NCBI GenBank assembly: GCA_030604855.1
Contig: JAUVVC010000005.1
Span: forward strand, 30,001 to 62,000
Source: Erysipelotrichaceae bacterium
Lineage (GTDB): Bacteria; Bacillota_I; Bacilli_A; Erysipelotrichales; Erysipelotrichaceae
Direction of reading: 5' to 3'
Length of the DNA: 32,000 nt
Of the stretch, positions 1 to 11,664 are shown in pieces. Position 1 is the first letter of the stretch. Each line of letters starts with the position of its first letter. The notes beneath the pieces were generated by a model. That model ran no database searches, was not told the origin of the DNA, and was given only the letters and a program-made list of their open reading frames with translations. Both the position numbers and the translations under genes were made by a program.

Positions 1-167
1 CCGCTGGTGTTCCGGTTTTAACCACCGCCATTGGGATTGCTGGAGCTAAGAATGCCGCCTTGGGTGCTTTACGCATATTAAGTCTTCATGATCAAGCCAT
101 TGAAGAAAATCTTCGTGCTTATCAAGCAAAGAATGAAAAAGATGTGATGGAGACGCCTCTACCATGA
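1..167 (+). CDS. purE: N5-CAIR mutase PurE, C-terminal fragment (the gene starts upstream of the window)
   Basis: Frame 3 reads AGVPVLTTAIGIAGAKNAALGALRILSLHDQAIEENLRAYQAKNEKDVMETPLP*, a typical PurE C-terminus. The TGA at 165-167 overlaps the purK ATG at 164 (ATGA). Confidence 0.8.
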   Translation, partial: AGVPVLTTAIGIAGAKNAALGALRILSLHDQAIEENLRAYQAKNEKDVMETPLP

Positions 168-1267
168 ATCTATTGAATCCTCCTGCTGTCATCGGCATCA
201 TCGGGGGTGGACAATTGGGTCAGATGTTGGCTTTGTCCGCGATTGAACAAGGTTATTGGATCGCGGTATTGGATCCCGATCCCCATTGTCCCTGTTCCAA
301 GTTGGCTCACCATTTCATTCAAGCCCAATACAACGATGAAGAAGCGCTCAAAAAACTGAATGTCTTGGCGGATGTCATCACCTATGAGTTCGAGAATGTG
401 GATGTGGAAGCGACCCGAAGGGTCATCGAAGCCCATAAACTTCCTCAAGGTTTCAAAGCTTTGATGATCAGTCAAGATCGCTTGCTCGAGAAACAGTTCG
501 CCATACAATGTGGGATCCCTTGTGTTCCATTTGAACATTTCAATACACGAGCAGAGTTCGATGCTTTGTCGATCAATCGCCCCCGTGTGATCAAAACACG
601 TCGATATGGCTACGATGGCAAAGGTCAGAGCTATCTCTATACAGAAATAGATAAAGGACAATGTTCGCTTCGTTTCCCACATCCCTATGTCATTGAAGAT
701 ATTTGTCTCTTTGATCGTGAAATCAGTGTGGCTGTGTGTGCCTTCGATGATGGCATCGTCGCATTTGAGCCTTTTGAGAACCTACATGTGAAGGGTATCC
801 TGCGAAGCTCACTATTCCCGGCACGGATCGATCCTGCATTAAGTCAAAAAGCAAACGAAGCTGCGATCCGATTGGTAAAGGCATTGGACTATCGAGGGAT
901 CTTAGTCGTGGAATACTTTGTATCGGGTGATGAAATCTATTTCAATGAATTCGCACCCCGTCCTCACAATTCTGCGCATGGGACTATTGAAGCTTGTGAT
1001 TTCAGTCAATTCGATCTTCACATACGTGCCATCTCGCATCACCCGAAAGTTGAACCCAAACGACTTCAATGTAACTTGATGCTCAACATCTTGGGTGAAG
1101 ACTATGAACACGCCTTAAAACTTTGGAACACATCCAAAGAAGCCATTCATCTCCATCTCTATGGCAAGACGGAGAAACGTCCCCAACGTAAGATGGGTCA
1201 CTTAAGCTTAAACACCGATACTGTAGAAGCATGCATCCCCCTTATAAACCAATGGAGAACACGATGA
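164..1267 (+). CDS. purK: N5-carboxyaminoimidazole ribonucleotide synthase (ATP-grasp)
   Basis: 367 aa ORF with the N-terminal IGIIGGGQLGQM nucleotide-binding loop and an ATP-grasp body. It sits between purE and purL. Confidence 0.9.
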   Translation: MNLLNPPAVIGIIGGGQLGQMLALSAIEQGYWIAVLDPDPHCPCSKLAHHFIQAQYNDEEALKKLNVLADVITYEFENVDVEATRRVIEAHKLPQGFKALMISQDRLLEKQFAIQCGIPCVPFEHFNTRAEFDALSINRPRVIKTRRYGYDGKGQSYLYTEIDKGQCSLRFPHPYVIEDICLFDREISVAVCAFDDGIVAFEPFENLHVKGILRSSLFPARIDPALSQKANEAAIRLVKALDYRGILVVEYFVSGDEIYFNEFAPRPHNSAHGTIEACDFSQFDLHIRAISHHPKVEPKRLQCNLMLNILGEDYEHALKLWNTSKEAIHLHLYGKTEKRPQRKMGHLSLNTDTVEACIPLINQWRTR

Positions 1268-4200
1268 AGCGAATCTTGATTGAGAAAAGAGAAGGCTTTA
1301 ACCAAGAAGCAAAAGCTTTGAGCCAACAATGCAAAGAACTTTTAGACATGAACGTGAACTGTCGTCTGATCAAAGGCTATGAAGTCACCCATCTTGAAGG
1401 TCAATATTGGTCTGAAGCCATCCGTCAGGTGTTCAGTGAACCCATGGTGGATGAAGTGGTTGACTTACAAGAACTCAGTTCAAGATCCATCATCGCACGT
1501 GAACCCCTTCCTGGTCAGTACGACCAAGCTGCAGACAGTGCTGAACAATGTCTACGATTATTGGATCCAAACAATCAAAGTAACATCACGACTTTTCAAA
1601 TATTGGTTTTTGATCGTGAATTGAGTGAGGACGAACGTAAACGTTTCATCCGCTATTGGATCAATCCTGTGGAGATGCGTGAGAAACAGTTCGATACACA
1701 AGAAATGAATCTTATTCCTGAAGCTGAAATTGAACTTAAGGGGTTCGTGCATTGGTCAAGTGTGCAGTGTGAAGCGTTTCTTAAAACACATGGCGCTGCC
1801 ATGCGCTTGGAAGACATGCTTTTGATTCAAGTGTATTTCAGCGAACACATGCGACGTGATCTCTCCTACACCGAATTCAAAGTATTGGATACCTATTGGA
1901 GCGATCATTGCCGTCACACCACATTTGAAACGGCAATCGACGACATTACGATCGAAGAGGGTCCTTTGGCCAAGCGCTACCAAGAAGCTCTTCAAGCCTA
2001 TTTTCAAGAGCGCATCCAATTGAAACGCAACGATCGTCCTTTGACGCTGATGGATATGGCGACGCACATGGGACGTGTGATCAACGATCCACGGGTTGAG
2101 GACAGTGATGAGATCAATGCCTGCAGCGTCGTCACTCGTGTTGAAACCGACGAGGGTGAAGAGGAGTGGTTGGTGATGTTTAAGAATGAGACCCACAACC
2201 ATCCCACCGAAATCGAACCCTTTGGTGGAGCCTCCACCTGCATCGGTGGTGCGATTCGAGATCCACTCAGTGGTCGTAGTTTCGTCTATCAAGCCATGCG
2301 CATCAGTGGCTGTGGCAATGTCAAGGAAAGCATCGAAGACACACTGCCCGACAAACTCCCGCAACGACTCATCGCTCAGAAAGCAAGTTTAGGCAATGCG
2401 TCTTATGGCAATCAGATCGGTGTGCCCACCACATTTGTTCAAGAAATCTATCATCCTTCCTATGTCGCCAAACATTTGGAATGTGGTGCAGTCGTTGGTG
2501 CGGTACCTCGGAGTCAAGTGAAACGCTTGAAACCAGAACCTGGTGATCAGATTCTCTTGGTCGGTGGAAAGACCGGGCGTGATGGCATCGGTGGTGCCAC
2601 CGGATCTTCTAAGATCCATACTTCCGATTCCCTCCATACCGCAGGCAGTGAAGTTCAAAAGGGCAATGCCCCAGAAGAACGTAAGCTCCAACGCTACTAT
2701 AACAATCCCCAAGTCGCCTCTAGAATCAAGAAGTCCAATGACTTTGGGGCAGGGGGAGTCGCGGTGGCCATCGGAGAATTGGCCGATGGACTGCTCATTT
2801 ATTTGGATCGCATCCCAAGCAAATACACAGGTTTGAATCCTACCGAACTCGCCATCAGCGAGAGCCAAGAACGCATGGCGATTGTCGCTCATCCAGAGGA
2901 CATTGCCGAACTCATCCGTTTGGCTGAGGTAGAGAATCTCCAAGCGACACTCGTAGCGGAAGTCACGGACAATGCGCGTCTGATCATGCGGTTCAAGGAT
3001 CAGATCATCGTGGATCTACCTCGTGCACTGCTCGATACCAATGGGGTCCGACCGCATGTCAAGGCGGTTCTATCCCAATCACGTCTTACACAAAGATCTG
3101 AAGTTTTCAGTGAAGATAAGCTCATCGCTATTTTATCCGACCTCAACATCACCAGTCAGAAGGGTTTGATCGAACAGTTTGATTCCAGCATCACTGCCAC
3201 CACCGTTCTTTATCCTTTTGGTGGGAAGACACAATGGACACCTTCGATTGCCAGTGTGCATAAGATCTTTCATCCAACCCGTGAAACAAAAACCGCAAGT
3301 ATTTTATCCCACGGTTTCATTCCTGAATTGAATGAGCAGAACATTTTCATCGGTGCCCAAGCGGCTGTCTTGGAAAGCATTGCGAAAACAATCGCAGTGG
3401 GTGGGCAGATCAAGGACATCTTCTTCTCTTTTCAAGAATACTTCCCACGGCTGTATGAAGACCCAAAGAAATGGGGTCAGGTCGTCCTTGCGCTTTTAGG
3501 TGCGCAGAGTGTCCAACGTACGTTCAAACGACCCGCCATCGGGGGTAAAGACAGCATGTCTGGTTCATTCAAAGACAGGGATGTGTTGGAGACTTTGATC
3601 AGTTTCGCCTGCAGTACGACACCTGTCACATCCGTCATGGATAATGTGGCGAAATCGGCAGGCAGTAAACTCTATCTCTTGGATGCGTCTTACCATGCGG
3701 ATGGAAGTTTCAATCTTGAACACATGCATATGAACTATCAAGAACTGGAGCGGATGATTCACAATAAAAAAGTCAAAGCGGTCCACAGTGCTCGTAAGGG
3801 AATCGCAGTATCGGCATTGGAGATGGTTTTTGGAAACGATCTGGGCTTGATCATCGACACATCCAAAGATGTGCTGAGCATAAGACCTGGCGCACTACTT
3901 ATTGAAACAGATGAAGCACTTGATCCAGACGTATTTGCGTTGATTGGCCACGTTACGATGCAAGACTATCGCATCAATGGCTTGAACATTGATGTCAAAC
4001 GTGTCCAAAAAGCTTACCAAACGGGCTTGGATTTTCTCTATCCTGTTCATGCGAAGAGACGTGATCAAAGCATCCCAACCGTCACTTCATCAAAGATCTT
4101 TAAGCCTTATACAGGTCCAACCGTGGATCGTGTCAAGGTCGTGATTCCGGTCTTTCCAGGTACCAACTGTGAATATGATACCGCAAAAGCATTTAACAAG

Positions 4201-4935
4201 GCCGGTGCAGAGGTCTTTGAAGTCGTCATACGCAATCAAAGCGCGGAAGATTTAAACAAAGCCATATCAGCGTTCGCGAAAGCGATTGAAACAAGTCAGA
4301 TTCTAGCCTTGGTGGGAGGTTTCTCCGCGGGTGATGAGCCGGATGGTAGCGCGAAGTTCATCGTCAATGTGCTCAGAAACCCCCTGATTCAAAAAGCCAT
4401 CACACATCTCAGGAAACGTGATGGATTGATCATCGGCATCTGCAATGGTTTCCAAGCCTTGATCAAAAGTGGCTATCTTCCGTATGGAGAACTTCGTGAT
4501 TTGAATGAAAAGGATGCGACACTCGCACACAATACGATTCATCGCCACATCTCCGCCATGGTAAGAATACGTCAAAGCTCCCTCGCCTCGCCTTGGTTGG
4601 ATCCCAACAAATCCGGGAAAGTCCACCGTGTTCCCTTGAGCCACGGGGAGGGTCGTTTAGTGATCTCAAAAGCACAGTTCAAGGACTTGGTTGAAAAAGG
4701 TCAAATCGCTTACCAGTATGTGGACGATGAGAACCAAGCCACATTGGATCCCAAGTTCAATCTCAATGGATCGGATTATGCCATTGAAGCCTTGATCAGT
4801 GAAGATGGACGTATCCTCGGCAAGATGGGACATACGGAACGGATTCAAGAAGGCTGTTATGTGAATATCATGGATATGGAAGTTCAAACATTATTCGAAA
4901 ATGGCGTACGCTACTTCAAAGGAGATCGACAATGA
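1264..4935 (+). CDS. purL: Phosphoribosylformylglycinamidine (FGAM) synthase, single-chain large form with a C-terminal glutaminase domain
   Basis: About 1220 aa. I take the ATG at 1264 ([12 protein letters not shown]...) as the start because it forms an ATGA overlap with the purK stop; the ORF-track start at 1231 lies inside purK. The C-terminal GICNGFQAL and SHGEGR motifs are typical of a class I glutamine amidotransferase. Confidence 0.92.
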   Translation: MKRILIEKREGFNQEAKALSQQCKELLDMNVNCRLIKGYEVTHLEGQYWSEAIRQVFSEPMVDEVVDLQELSSRSIIAREPLPGQYDQAADSAEQCLRLLDPNNQSNITTFQILVFDRELSEDERKRFIRYWINPVEMREKQFDTQEMNLIPEAEIELKGFVHWSSVQCEAFLKTHGAAMRLEDMLLIQVYFSEHMRRDLSYTEFKVLDTYWSDHCRHTTFETAIDDITIEEGPLAKRYQEALQAYFQERIQLKRNDRPLTLMDMATHMGRVINDPRVEDSDEINACSVVTRVETDEGEEEWLVMFKNETHNHPTEIEPFGGASTCIGGAIRDPLSGRSFVYQAMRISGCGNVKESIEDTLPDKLPQRLIAQKASLGNASYGNQIGVPTTFVQEIYHPSYVAKHLECGAVVGAVPRSQVKRLKPEPGDQILLVGGKTGRDGIGGATGSSKIHTSDSLHTAGSEVQKGNAPEERKLQRYYNNPQVASRIKKSNDFGAGGVAVAIGELADGLLIYLDRIPSKYTGLNPTELAISESQERMAIVAHPEDIAELIRLAEVENLQATLVAEVTDNARLIMRFKDQIIVDLPRALLDTNGVRPHVKAVLSQSRLTQRSEVFSEDKLIAILSDLNITSQKGLIEQFDSSITATTVLYPFGGKTQWTPSIASVHKIFHPTRETKTASILSHGFIPELNEQNIFIGAQAAVLESIAKTIAVGGQIKDIFFSFQEYFPRLYEDPKKWGQVVLALLGAQSVQRTFKRPAIGGKDSMSGSFKDRDVLETLISFACSTTPVTSVMDNVAKSAGSKLYLLDASYHADGSFNLEHMHMNYQELERMIHNKKVKAVHSARKGIAVSALEMVFGNDLGLIIDTSKDVLSIRPGALLIETDEALDPDVFALIGHVTMQDYRINGLNIDVKRVQKAYQTGLDFLYPVHAKRRDQSIPTVTSSKIFKPYTGPTVDRVKVVIPVFPGTNCEYDTAKAFNKAGAEVFEVVIRNQSAEDLNKAISAFAKAIETSQILALVGGFSAGDEPDGSAKFIVNVLRNPLIQKAITHLRKRDGLIIGICNGFQALIKSGYLPYGELRDLNEKDATLAHNTIHRHISAMVRIRQSSLASPWLDPNKSGKVHRVPLSHGEGRLVISKAQFKDLVEKGQIAYQYVDDENQATLDPKFNLNGSDYAIEALISEDGRILGKMGHTERIQEGCYVNIMDMEVQTLFENGVRYFKGDRQ

Positions 4936-5648
4936 CAAAGCTGAACATGATTTATGAAGGTAAGGCCAAACAGCTGTATACGACAGAAGATGAAAGCAAA
5001 GTGATCATTCACTATAAAGATGATGCGACGGCATTCAATGGCATCAAGAAAGCATCCATTGAACACAAGGGGGAGTTGAACAACGCCATTACGACCCTTA
5101 TCTTCAAACAACTCATTCAAGCGGGGATTCCTACGCATTACATTGAAACCTTGAATGATCGGGACCAACTCTGTCATAAGGTATCCATCATTCCCCTTGA
5201 AGTCATTGTCCGAAACATCATCGCAGGCTCCATGGCCAAACGTCTGGCGATCCCAGAAGGAACGCTTGCGCCTCGTCCGATTTATGAGTTGTGCTACAAA
5301 AATGATGATCTGGGTGATCCACTCATCAATGAGGACCATGCCTTGGCTTTGAATGTGGTGAGTGAAGAAGAACTCGCAGACATCAAACGTCTGACTCTGA
5401 AAATCAATGAAGAATTAAAGTGCTTATTCACGAAGATAAACATCAATCTCGTCGACTTCAAACTCGAATTTGGAAAGTTAAGCAATGGGCAGATTGTACT
5501 CGCGGACGAAATCAGTCCCGATACCTGTCGTCTTTGGGATAAGGATACAAACCAGAAACTTGATAAAGATCGCTTCCGTAGAGATTTGGGTCAGGTGGAA
5601 GATGCGTACCAAGAGATACTTAAGCGCTTGAAGGAACACTATGCTTGA
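4932..5648 (+). CDS. purC: SAICAR synthetase
   Basis: 238 aa, starting [11 protein letters not shown]... and containing [14 protein letters not shown]. It has an ATGA overlap with the purL stop. Confidence 0.95.
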   Translation: MTKLNMIYEGKAKQLYTTEDESKVIIHYKDDATAFNGIKKASIEHKGELNNAITTLIFKQLIQAGIPTHYIETLNDRDQLCHKVSIIPLEVIVRNIIAGSMAKRLAIPEGTLAPRPIYELCYKNDDLGDPLINEDHALALNVVSEEELADIKRLTLKINEELKCLFTKININLVDFKLEFGKLSNGQIVLADEISPDTCRLWDKDTNQKLDKDRFRRDLGQVEDAYQEILKRLKEHYA

Positions 5649-7047
5649 GCTGATCTATGATCGCGAACTCCATGAAGAATGTGGGGTTTTCGGAGTCTTC
5701 AATGTCAAGGATGCGTCCAATCTAAGCTACTATGGTCTTCATGCCCTCCAGCACCGTGGTCAGGAAGGTTGTGGCATCGTTACGGCCAATGATGTTAGCC
5801 TGATTGGACATAAGAATGAAGGCAGTGTCCGAAGTGTCTTCACGGAACCGGTGCTCAAGAAACTTACGGGTCACCATGCGATTGGACACGTGCGTTATTC
5901 CACCAGTGGTGGGGGTGGTTTCCTCAATGTGCAACCCTTTCTATTCCGTCATGGATCGGGGGATTTTGCTTTATGTCACAACGGCAATATCGTCAATTCC
6001 AATGAGTTGAAACTTCAGTTGGAAAACAGTGGAAGCATCTTTCAAAGCTCATCCGATACGGAAATCTTGGCTCATCTTTTGATGAGTGATCCGCGCATGA
6101 AACGGATCGATGCGATCAAAGAAGCCTTGATTTACATGGAAGGTGCTTTTGCCTTCTTGATTTTGACCAAAAATAGACTCTATGCCATGCGTGATCGTCA
6201 CGGTCTACGTCCACTCTCGATTGGTAAATTGGGTGATGGCTATGTCATCAGCTCAGAAACCTGTGCCTTTGATGCGATCGGAGCTCAATTTGAACGGGAT
6301 ATCCTGCCTGGGGAAATCGTGACTTTCAGCGCGGAAGGCATCACCAGCGATTTCTATTCCAAAGATGTTAAACATAAGATCTGTGCGATGGAATATATTT
6401 ATTTCTCCCGTCCGGACAGTGATCTCTTAGGTCTCAATGTGCATCGTTTCCGTAAGGAAAGTGGACGTATCTTGGCTGAAGAAGCACCAGTGGATGCGGA
6501 TATCGTCATCGGTGTCCCCGATTCCTCTTTGTCGGCCGCGAGTGGTTATGCGGAAGCCAGTGGGATTCCCTATGAAATGGGTTTGATCAAAAACAAGTAT
6601 TCTGGACGTACCTTCATCGAACCTTCGCAAAGTCTACGTGAAAAAGGGGTCAAAATGAAATTGTCCCCTGTGCGGTCCATCGTCAAAGGCAAACGTGTCC
6701 TTTTGATCGATGACTCCATTGTCCGTGGTACGACCTCCAAACAGATCGTACACATGTTAAAGGAGATGGGTGCGACGGAAGTCCACATGCGGATCGCCTC
6801 ACCTCCGATCATTGCACCATGTTTCTACGGTGTGGACACATCGACCTATGAAGAGTTAATCAGTGCGTTTAATGATCCTGAAGCGGTACGCAAGTTGATT
6901 GGGGCAGATTCGTTGGCCTTCCTATCCATGGAGGGTCTTCAGAAAGCAGCCGGTGATCGCGGTCTCTGCCAAGCCTGTTTCAATAAGCAATATCCGACCC
7001 ATTTATACCAAGAAATCAAAAATGCCAATAAAGATGGCAAATTCTAG
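5641..7047 (+). CDS. purF: Amidophosphoribosyltransferase
   Basis: 468 aa with an N-terminal ...ECGVFGV Ntn-hydrolase cysteine, a PRPP-binding [13 protein letters not shown] loop and C-terminal cysteines. It overlaps purC by 8 nt. Confidence 0.95.
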   Translation: MLELIYDRELHEECGVFGVFNVKDASNLSYYGLHALQHRGQEGCGIVTANDVSLIGHKNEGSVRSVFTEPVLKKLTGHHAIGHVRYSTSGGGGFLNVQPFLFRHGSGDFALCHNGNIVNSNELKLQLENSGSIFQSSSDTEILAHLLMSDPRMKRIDAIKEALIYMEGAFAFLILTKNRLYAMRDRHGLRPLSIGKLGDGYVISSETCAFDAIGAQFERDILPGEIVTFSAEGITSDFYSKDVKHKICAMEYIYFSRPDSDLLGLNVHRFRKESGRILAEEAPVDADIVIGVPDSSLSAASGYAEASGIPYEMGLIKNKYSGRTFIEPSQSLREKGVKMKLSPVRSIVKGKRVLLIDDSIVRGTTSKQIVHMLKEMGATEVHMRIASPPIIAPCFYGVDTSTYEELISAFNDPEAVRKLIGADSLAFLSMEGLQKAAGDRGLCQACFNKQYPTHLYQEIKNANKDGKF

Positions 7048-7054
7048 GAGCACC

Positions 7055-8074
7055 ATGAGTGAACATTACCAACAAGCTGGCGTCAGTTTAGAAGCCGGTT
7101 ACGAGTCTGTCAGACGCATCACACAGCATACGAAACGTACAGCCAATCTCGGTACGATGAGCGATATCGGTTCCTTTGGTGCACTCTTTGATCTGCACAA
7201 ATACGGCATCCAAGAACCTGTTCTGGTCAGTGGGACCGATGGCGTCGGGACAAAGTTGAAGCTTGCCTTCATGCTGGATAAACACGATACGATCGGCATC
7301 GATGCGGTGGCGATGTGCGTGAACGATATCTTGGCTCAAGGGGCCATGCCTCTGTTCTTTTTGGATTATCTTGCCTTAGGAAAAAACGAACCACATAAGG
7401 TTGAAAAAATCGTCAAAGGCGTCGCAGAGGGTTGTGTTCAAGCCGGCTGTGCACTCATTGGTGGAGAAACGGCTGAAATGCCGGATATGTACAGTGAGGG
7501 TGAATACGACATTGCGGGTTTTGCGGTGGGGGTTGCGGAGAAATCCAAACTACTCAAGCCTATTAACGTGAATGTTGGGGATATCATCATTGGCTTACCA
7601 AGCAGTGGCTTACACTCCAATGGCTATAGTTTGGTTCGAAAAATCCTTTTCAAAGATCATCAAATCGATTTACAAACACAGGTCGGGGATAAGTCATTAG
7701 CGGAATGCTTGATTGAACCCACCAAAATCTATGTCAAGTCGGTTCTCCCTTTGGTCCAACAAGAATTATTGACAGGGATCGCTCACATCACAGGGGGTGG
7801 CTTTTATGAAAATATGCCACGTTGTCTACAAGCGAACCAAGGCTTAAAATTGAAGAAAGGAACATGGATTGTTCCTGCGATCTTTAAGTATTTACAAGAA
7901 TTGGGCTCCATTGCGGAAGATGAACTCTATCATGTCTTCAATATGGGGATTGGAATGATCCTTGTGGTTAAGCCTGAAAATGTAAAACAGGTCATGGATC
8001 ATTTTAATAACATTAATGAAACAGCAATCATCATGGGTGAAGTATCCGATGAGGTAGGCATCCAATGGCTTTGA
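7055..8074 (+). CDS. purM: AIR synthetase
   Basis: The ATG at 7055 is preceded by AGGAG at 7046-7050. The product starts MSEHYQQAGVSLEAGYE... and contains GTDGVGTKLK. The longer ORF-track start at 6899 lies inside purF. Confidence 0.95.
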   Translation: MSEHYQQAGVSLEAGYESVRRITQHTKRTANLGTMSDIGSFGALFDLHKYGIQEPVLVSGTDGVGTKLKLAFMLDKHDTIGIDAVAMCVNDILAQGAMPLFFLDYLALGKNEPHKVEKIVKGVAEGCVQAGCALIGGETAEMPDMYSEGEYDIAGFAVGVAEKSKLLKPINVNVGDIIIGLPSSGLHSNGYSLVRKILFKDHQIDLQTQVGDKSLAECLIEPTKIYVKSVLPLVQQELLTGIAHITGGGFYENMPRCLQANQGLKLKKGTWIVPAIFKYLQELGSIAEDELYHVFNMGIGMILVVKPENVKQVMDHFNNINETAIIMGEVSDEVGIQWL

Positions 8075-8640
8075 GATTTGTCGTCTTTGCGTCGGGGAGT
8101 GGATCCAATTTTGAAGCCTTGGTAAAGGCAACACAAAACGGAGACCTAGATGCACAATGTGTAGGACTCATCGTGGATCGTTACGATGCATATGCGATCA
8201 AGCGTGCACACTTGTTGAACATACCCGTGTGTTTGTATCTTAAAGATTGGTATATGAATAAGGAAGATATGGAAAATGCGATGCTTAAACAGATCCAAGC
8301 TTGGGATGCACAATGGATTGTCTGCGCTGGATACATGCGCATCATTGGTAAAACCTTACTCGAAGCATTTCCAAACAAAATCGTGAATATTCATCCCTCT
8401 TTATTACCGAAGTATCGCGGTAAAGATGCTTTAGGACAAGCCCTACAAGCAAAGGATAAAATATTGGGAATCACAGTTCATTTTGTGGATGATGGTTTGG
8501 ATACCGGTAAAATCATCGATCAAATGTCATTTGAAATAACAGGAGATGAACCACGCATTGAAGTTGAAACGAAATTGCACCATTTGGAACATGCATTTTA
8601 TCCAAAAGTGCTTAAACAATTATGGGAGGTAAAACCATGA
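8065..8640 (+). CDS. purN: GAR formyltransferase
   Basis: 191 aa with VVFASGSGSNFEAL and NIHPSLLP motifs. It overlaps purM by 10 nt. Confidence 0.93.
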   Translation: MALRFVVFASGSGSNFEALVKATQNGDLDAQCVGLIVDRYDAYAIKRAHLLNIPVCLYLKDWYMNKEDMENAMLKQIQAWDAQWIVCAGYMRIIGKTLLEAFPNKIVNIHPSLLPKYRGKDALGQALQAKDKILGITVHFVDDGLDTGKIIDQMSFEITGDEPRIEVETKLHHLEHAFYPKVLKQLWEVKP

Positions 8641-10172
8641 AGAAACGTGCTTTATTGAGTGTTAGTGATAAACAGGGTCTGCTTGAATTGGCTCAAGTTC
8701 TCATCAACCATGACATTGAATTGATTTCAACGGGGGGGACGAAAGCAGCTCTCGAGAAGGCTGGTCTATCTGTCTTAGGCATTGAAGAAGTCACAGACTT
8801 TCCAGAAATGTTGGATGGACGTGTCAAAACACTTCACCCCAAGATCCATGGTGGACTTCTTTTCCGTAGGGATTTGTCTGAACATCAGAAACAAGTCGAT
8901 GAACATGACATCCATGCAATCGATTATGTCATCGTCAATCTCTATCCCTTCCAACAAACAATTTCCAAAGCAACATTTACCCATGAAGAAGCGATTGAAA
9001 ACATCGATATCGGTGGTCCTTCCATGCTTAGAAGTGCTGCTAAGAATCACCAATCCGTAACGGTTATCTGTGATCCCGAGGATTATCCGACTTTGATTGA
9101 ACAATTAGAAACCAAGGGTGAAACAGATTTGGATTTTCGTGCTTGGTGTGCAGCGAAAGTTTTTCGTTTGACAGCAAGTTATGACAGTATGATTGCGGAA
9201 TATCTTACCAATAAACAAGAGATTGATTATCCAGAACGTTTCACAGAGACTTTCATTTTGAAGCAGAAGCTTCGTTATGGTGAAAATCCTCACCAAAGCG
9301 CAGCCTTTTATCAAACACCCTTTGATGAGTCCTATTCCATGTCTGCAGGCATACAAATTCAAGGGAAAGAACTCTCCTATAACAATATTCAGGATGGGGC
9401 AGCCGCACTGAATCTAATAAAGGAATTCGATGCGCCTACCTGTGTTGCGCTTAAACACATGAATCCATGTGGCGTTGGGACAGCGAATACACTTTTTGAA
9501 GCATGGCAAAAAGCCTACGCTGCGGATCCCATCAGTATCTTTGGTGGTATCGTTGCTTTCAATCGAACTGTTGATGCGGATATCGCAGGTCAATGTGTCG
9601 ATATCTTCTTAGAAATCATTTTGGCACCTAAGTATACAGAAGAGGCTCTCCAAATCTTCGCAACGAAAAAGAACTTACGTGTCCTTCATTTCCCTCATCA
9701 CATTGAAAAACCTTACCAAAGAGCTACGGTACGCATCAGTGGTGGTTTATTGGTTCAAAAAGTGGATAATCACAGTACGGATGTTAAGGATTATACCTGT
9801 GTCACAAAACAAGCGCTTGACCAAGCTTGGATCAGTGATCTTGAGATGGGTGAATGGGTGGTCAAACATGTTAAATCCAATGCGATCGTCATCATTAAAG
9901 ATGGTCAAACCGTAGGTATTGGGGCAGGGCAGATGAATCGCATCGGCGCTGCAGAAATCGCTCTCAAACAAGCCGGTGAAAAAGCAAAGGGTGCCATCTT
10001 GGCCAGCGATGCCTTCTTCCCAATGGATGACACGGTACGCTTGGCCGCTGAATATGGTATAGCATGCATCATTCAACCCGGAGGATCCATTAAAGATAAA
10101 GACTCCATTTCAGCGTGTGATGAATTGGGTTTATGCATGGTCTTCACGGGTGAAAGGCACTTTAAACATTAA
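8637..10172 (+). CDS. purH: Bifunctional AICAR formyltransferase / IMP cyclohydrolase
   Basis: The ATG at 8637 forms an ATGA overlap with the purN stop. The product starts MKKRALLSVSDKQG..., contains GRVKTLHPKIHGG and has a C-terminal ...FTGERHFKH. Confidence 0.95.
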   Translation: MKKRALLSVSDKQGLLELAQVLINHDIELISTGGTKAALEKAGLSVLGIEEVTDFPEMLDGRVKTLHPKIHGGLLFRRDLSEHQKQVDEHDIHAIDYVIVNLYPFQQTISKATFTHEEAIENIDIGGPSMLRSAAKNHQSVTVICDPEDYPTLIEQLETKGETDLDFRAWCAAKVFRLTASYDSMIAEYLTNKQEIDYPERFTETFILKQKLRYGENPHQSAAFYQTPFDESYSMSAGIQIQGKELSYNNIQDGAAALNLIKEFDAPTCVALKHMNPCGVGTANTLFEAWQKAYAADPISIFGGIVAFNRTVDADIAGQCVDIFLEIILAPKYTEEALQIFATKKNLRVLHFPHHIEKPYQRATVRISGGLLVQKVDNHSTDVKDYTCVTKQALDQAWISDLEMGEWVVKHVKSNAIVIIKDGQTVGIGAGQMNRIGAAEIALKQAGEKAKGAILASDAFFPMDDTVRLAAEYGIACIIQPGGSIKDKDSISACDELGLCMVFTGERHFKH

Positions 10173-11428
10173 TGGAAAGAAAGATACTGGTCATTGGCAG
10201 TGGTGGGCGTGAACATGCCATTGCGCATGCCTTCCATAAAAGTCCAAATGTGAAACAAGTCTATGTTCTTCCTGGTAATCCAGGAATGGAGGATGTGGCA
10301 AACTGTGTATCCATCGATCCTTTGGATTTTGAAACGATCATTGAGTTCTGCATTAAAGAACAGATCGATTTGGTCTTTGTTGGACCTGAGCTTCCGTTAT
10401 CCAAAGGGATTTCGGATATCCTTAAACATAACAATATCTTGGTATTTGGACCCTTTCAAAAAGCTGCGCAACTTGAAGCCAGTAAGTCATTTGCTAAGGA
10501 TTTGATGGCTGATTACAATATCCCAACAGCCAAGTACAAAACAGTATTTAAACGGATCGAAGCACTTCAATATTTGAGTTCACATCCAGCACCCATTGTC
10601 ATCAAAGCAGATGGTTTGATGGCGGGCAAGGGTGTAACGGTAGCGATGGATGATATACAAGCACGAGAAGCGATTGATTCGATTTATTCCGATGAATCCA
10701 TACAAGCACCGTGTGTCATCGAAGAATATCTTGAAGGGGAAGAGTTCAGTTTGATGTGTTTGGTCCATGAAGATCAAATCATTCCACTACCCATTGCACG
10801 GGATCATAAACGTGCCTTTGATCAGGATGAAGGACCCAATACCGGAGGTATGGGAGCCTTTTGTCCACACCCCTTAATACCACAATCTTTGGTAGATGAA
10901 GCGATGACTAAGATCGTCAAGCCGATCATCAATGCCTTGAGATTGGAAGGCATACCGTATACAGGTGTTCTTTATGCTGGTTTGATGGCAACGAATGAAG
11001 GGGTCAAAACCATTGAATTCAATGTACGATTTGGGGATCCAGAAACGGAAGTCATCTTACCGCGATTGATTACACCCTTGGATGAAATCCTTTTTAAACT
11101 CATGAAACATGAGGCTGTGAACATAGAGATCGATTCACGTGCTTGTCTTGGAGTAGTCTTAGCATCAAGAGGGTATCCTGGTAAGACGGAAATGTATGGA
11201 CCGATTCATCATCTTGATCAAGTCGACTCAACGATCTACCATATGGGAACATCTAAACAGGACAATGATTACATCAATCAAGGAGGTCGTGTTCTGTGTG
11301 TGACTGCGCTTGCGGATACCTTAGATGAAGCTAAAGCTAAGGTTTATCATGATCTTAAGAAAATCGATGCGAAGCAATGTTTCTACCGTAATGATATTGG
11401 GCAAAATAAAATCACGCTTGAAGTGTGA
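10172..11428 (+). CDS. purD: Phosphoribosylamine-glycine ligase
   Basis: 418 aa, starting ILVIGSGGREHAIA... with an ATP-grasp body. It has a TAATG overlap with the purH stop. Confidence 0.95.
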   Translation: MERKILVIGSGGREHAIAHAFHKSPNVKQVYVLPGNPGMEDVANCVSIDPLDFETIIEFCIKEQIDLVFVGPELPLSKGISDILKHNNILVFGPFQKAAQLEASKSFAKDLMADYNIPTAKYKTVFKRIEALQYLSSHPAPIVIKADGLMAGKGVTVAMDDIQAREAIDSIYSDESIQAPCVIEEYLEGEEFSLMCLVHEDQIIPLPIARDHKRAFDQDEGPNTGGMGAFCPHPLIPQSLVDEAMTKIVKPIINALRLEGIPYTGVLYAGLMATNEGVKTIEFNVRFGDPETEVILPRLITPLDEILFKLMKHEAVNIEIDSRACLGVVLASRGYPGKTEMYGPIHHLDQVDSTIYHMGTSKQDNDYINQGGRVLCVTALADTLDEAKAKVYHDLKKIDAKQCFYRNDIGQNKITLEV

Positions 11429-11430
11429 TT

Positions 11431-11439
11431 TGATATAAT
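11431..11439 (+). promoter_or_regulatory. Extended -10 promoter element TGaTATAAT, 6 nt upstream of the tusA-like ATG (leaderless geometry)
   Basis: The sequence tgatataat occupies 11431-11439 and the ATG is at 11446. There is no Shine-Dalgarno in the 6 nt gap (gaattc). Confidence 0.5.
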
Positions 11440-11445
11440 GAATTC

Positions 11446-11664
11446 ATGATAAAACTTGATTGTTTAGGAGACATGTGCCCTGTTCCAGTCATTAAGCTCC
11501 AACGATACCTGGAATCATTGGAAGCAGGCGAACACGTGATGTTGGTAAGCGATCACAGCTGTACGCGTAATACTGTAGAAGCCTTTGCCTTAGGTCATCA
11601 TTTTGCATGTGATACCGTGGAAGTCATGAATGGGGTGTGGGAAATCACACTTAAGAAAATCTAA
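11446..11664 (+). CDS. TusA/SirA/YedF-like sulfur-carrier protein (paralog 1)
   Basis: 72 aa with LDCLGDMCPVP (the CPxP persulfide-carrier motif) plus a second conserved DHSC motif. It is a clear paralog of the 13369-13596 product. Confidence 0.8.
   Translation: MIKLDCLGDMCPVPVIKLQRYLESLEAGEHVMLVSDHSCTRNTVEAFALGHHFACDTVEVMNGVWEITLKKI

Noticed and set aside
6899-7054. The ORF track gives extended N-termini for purM (6899), purL (1231), purH (8622), acr3 (19145), chrA (24728), yeeE-N (12664), the cupin (21880) and arsR-1 (15445).
   Set aside because: The upstream extensions overlap the preceding gene or an operator. Internal ATGs have proper SDs or stop-start coupling and give N-termini typical of the families.
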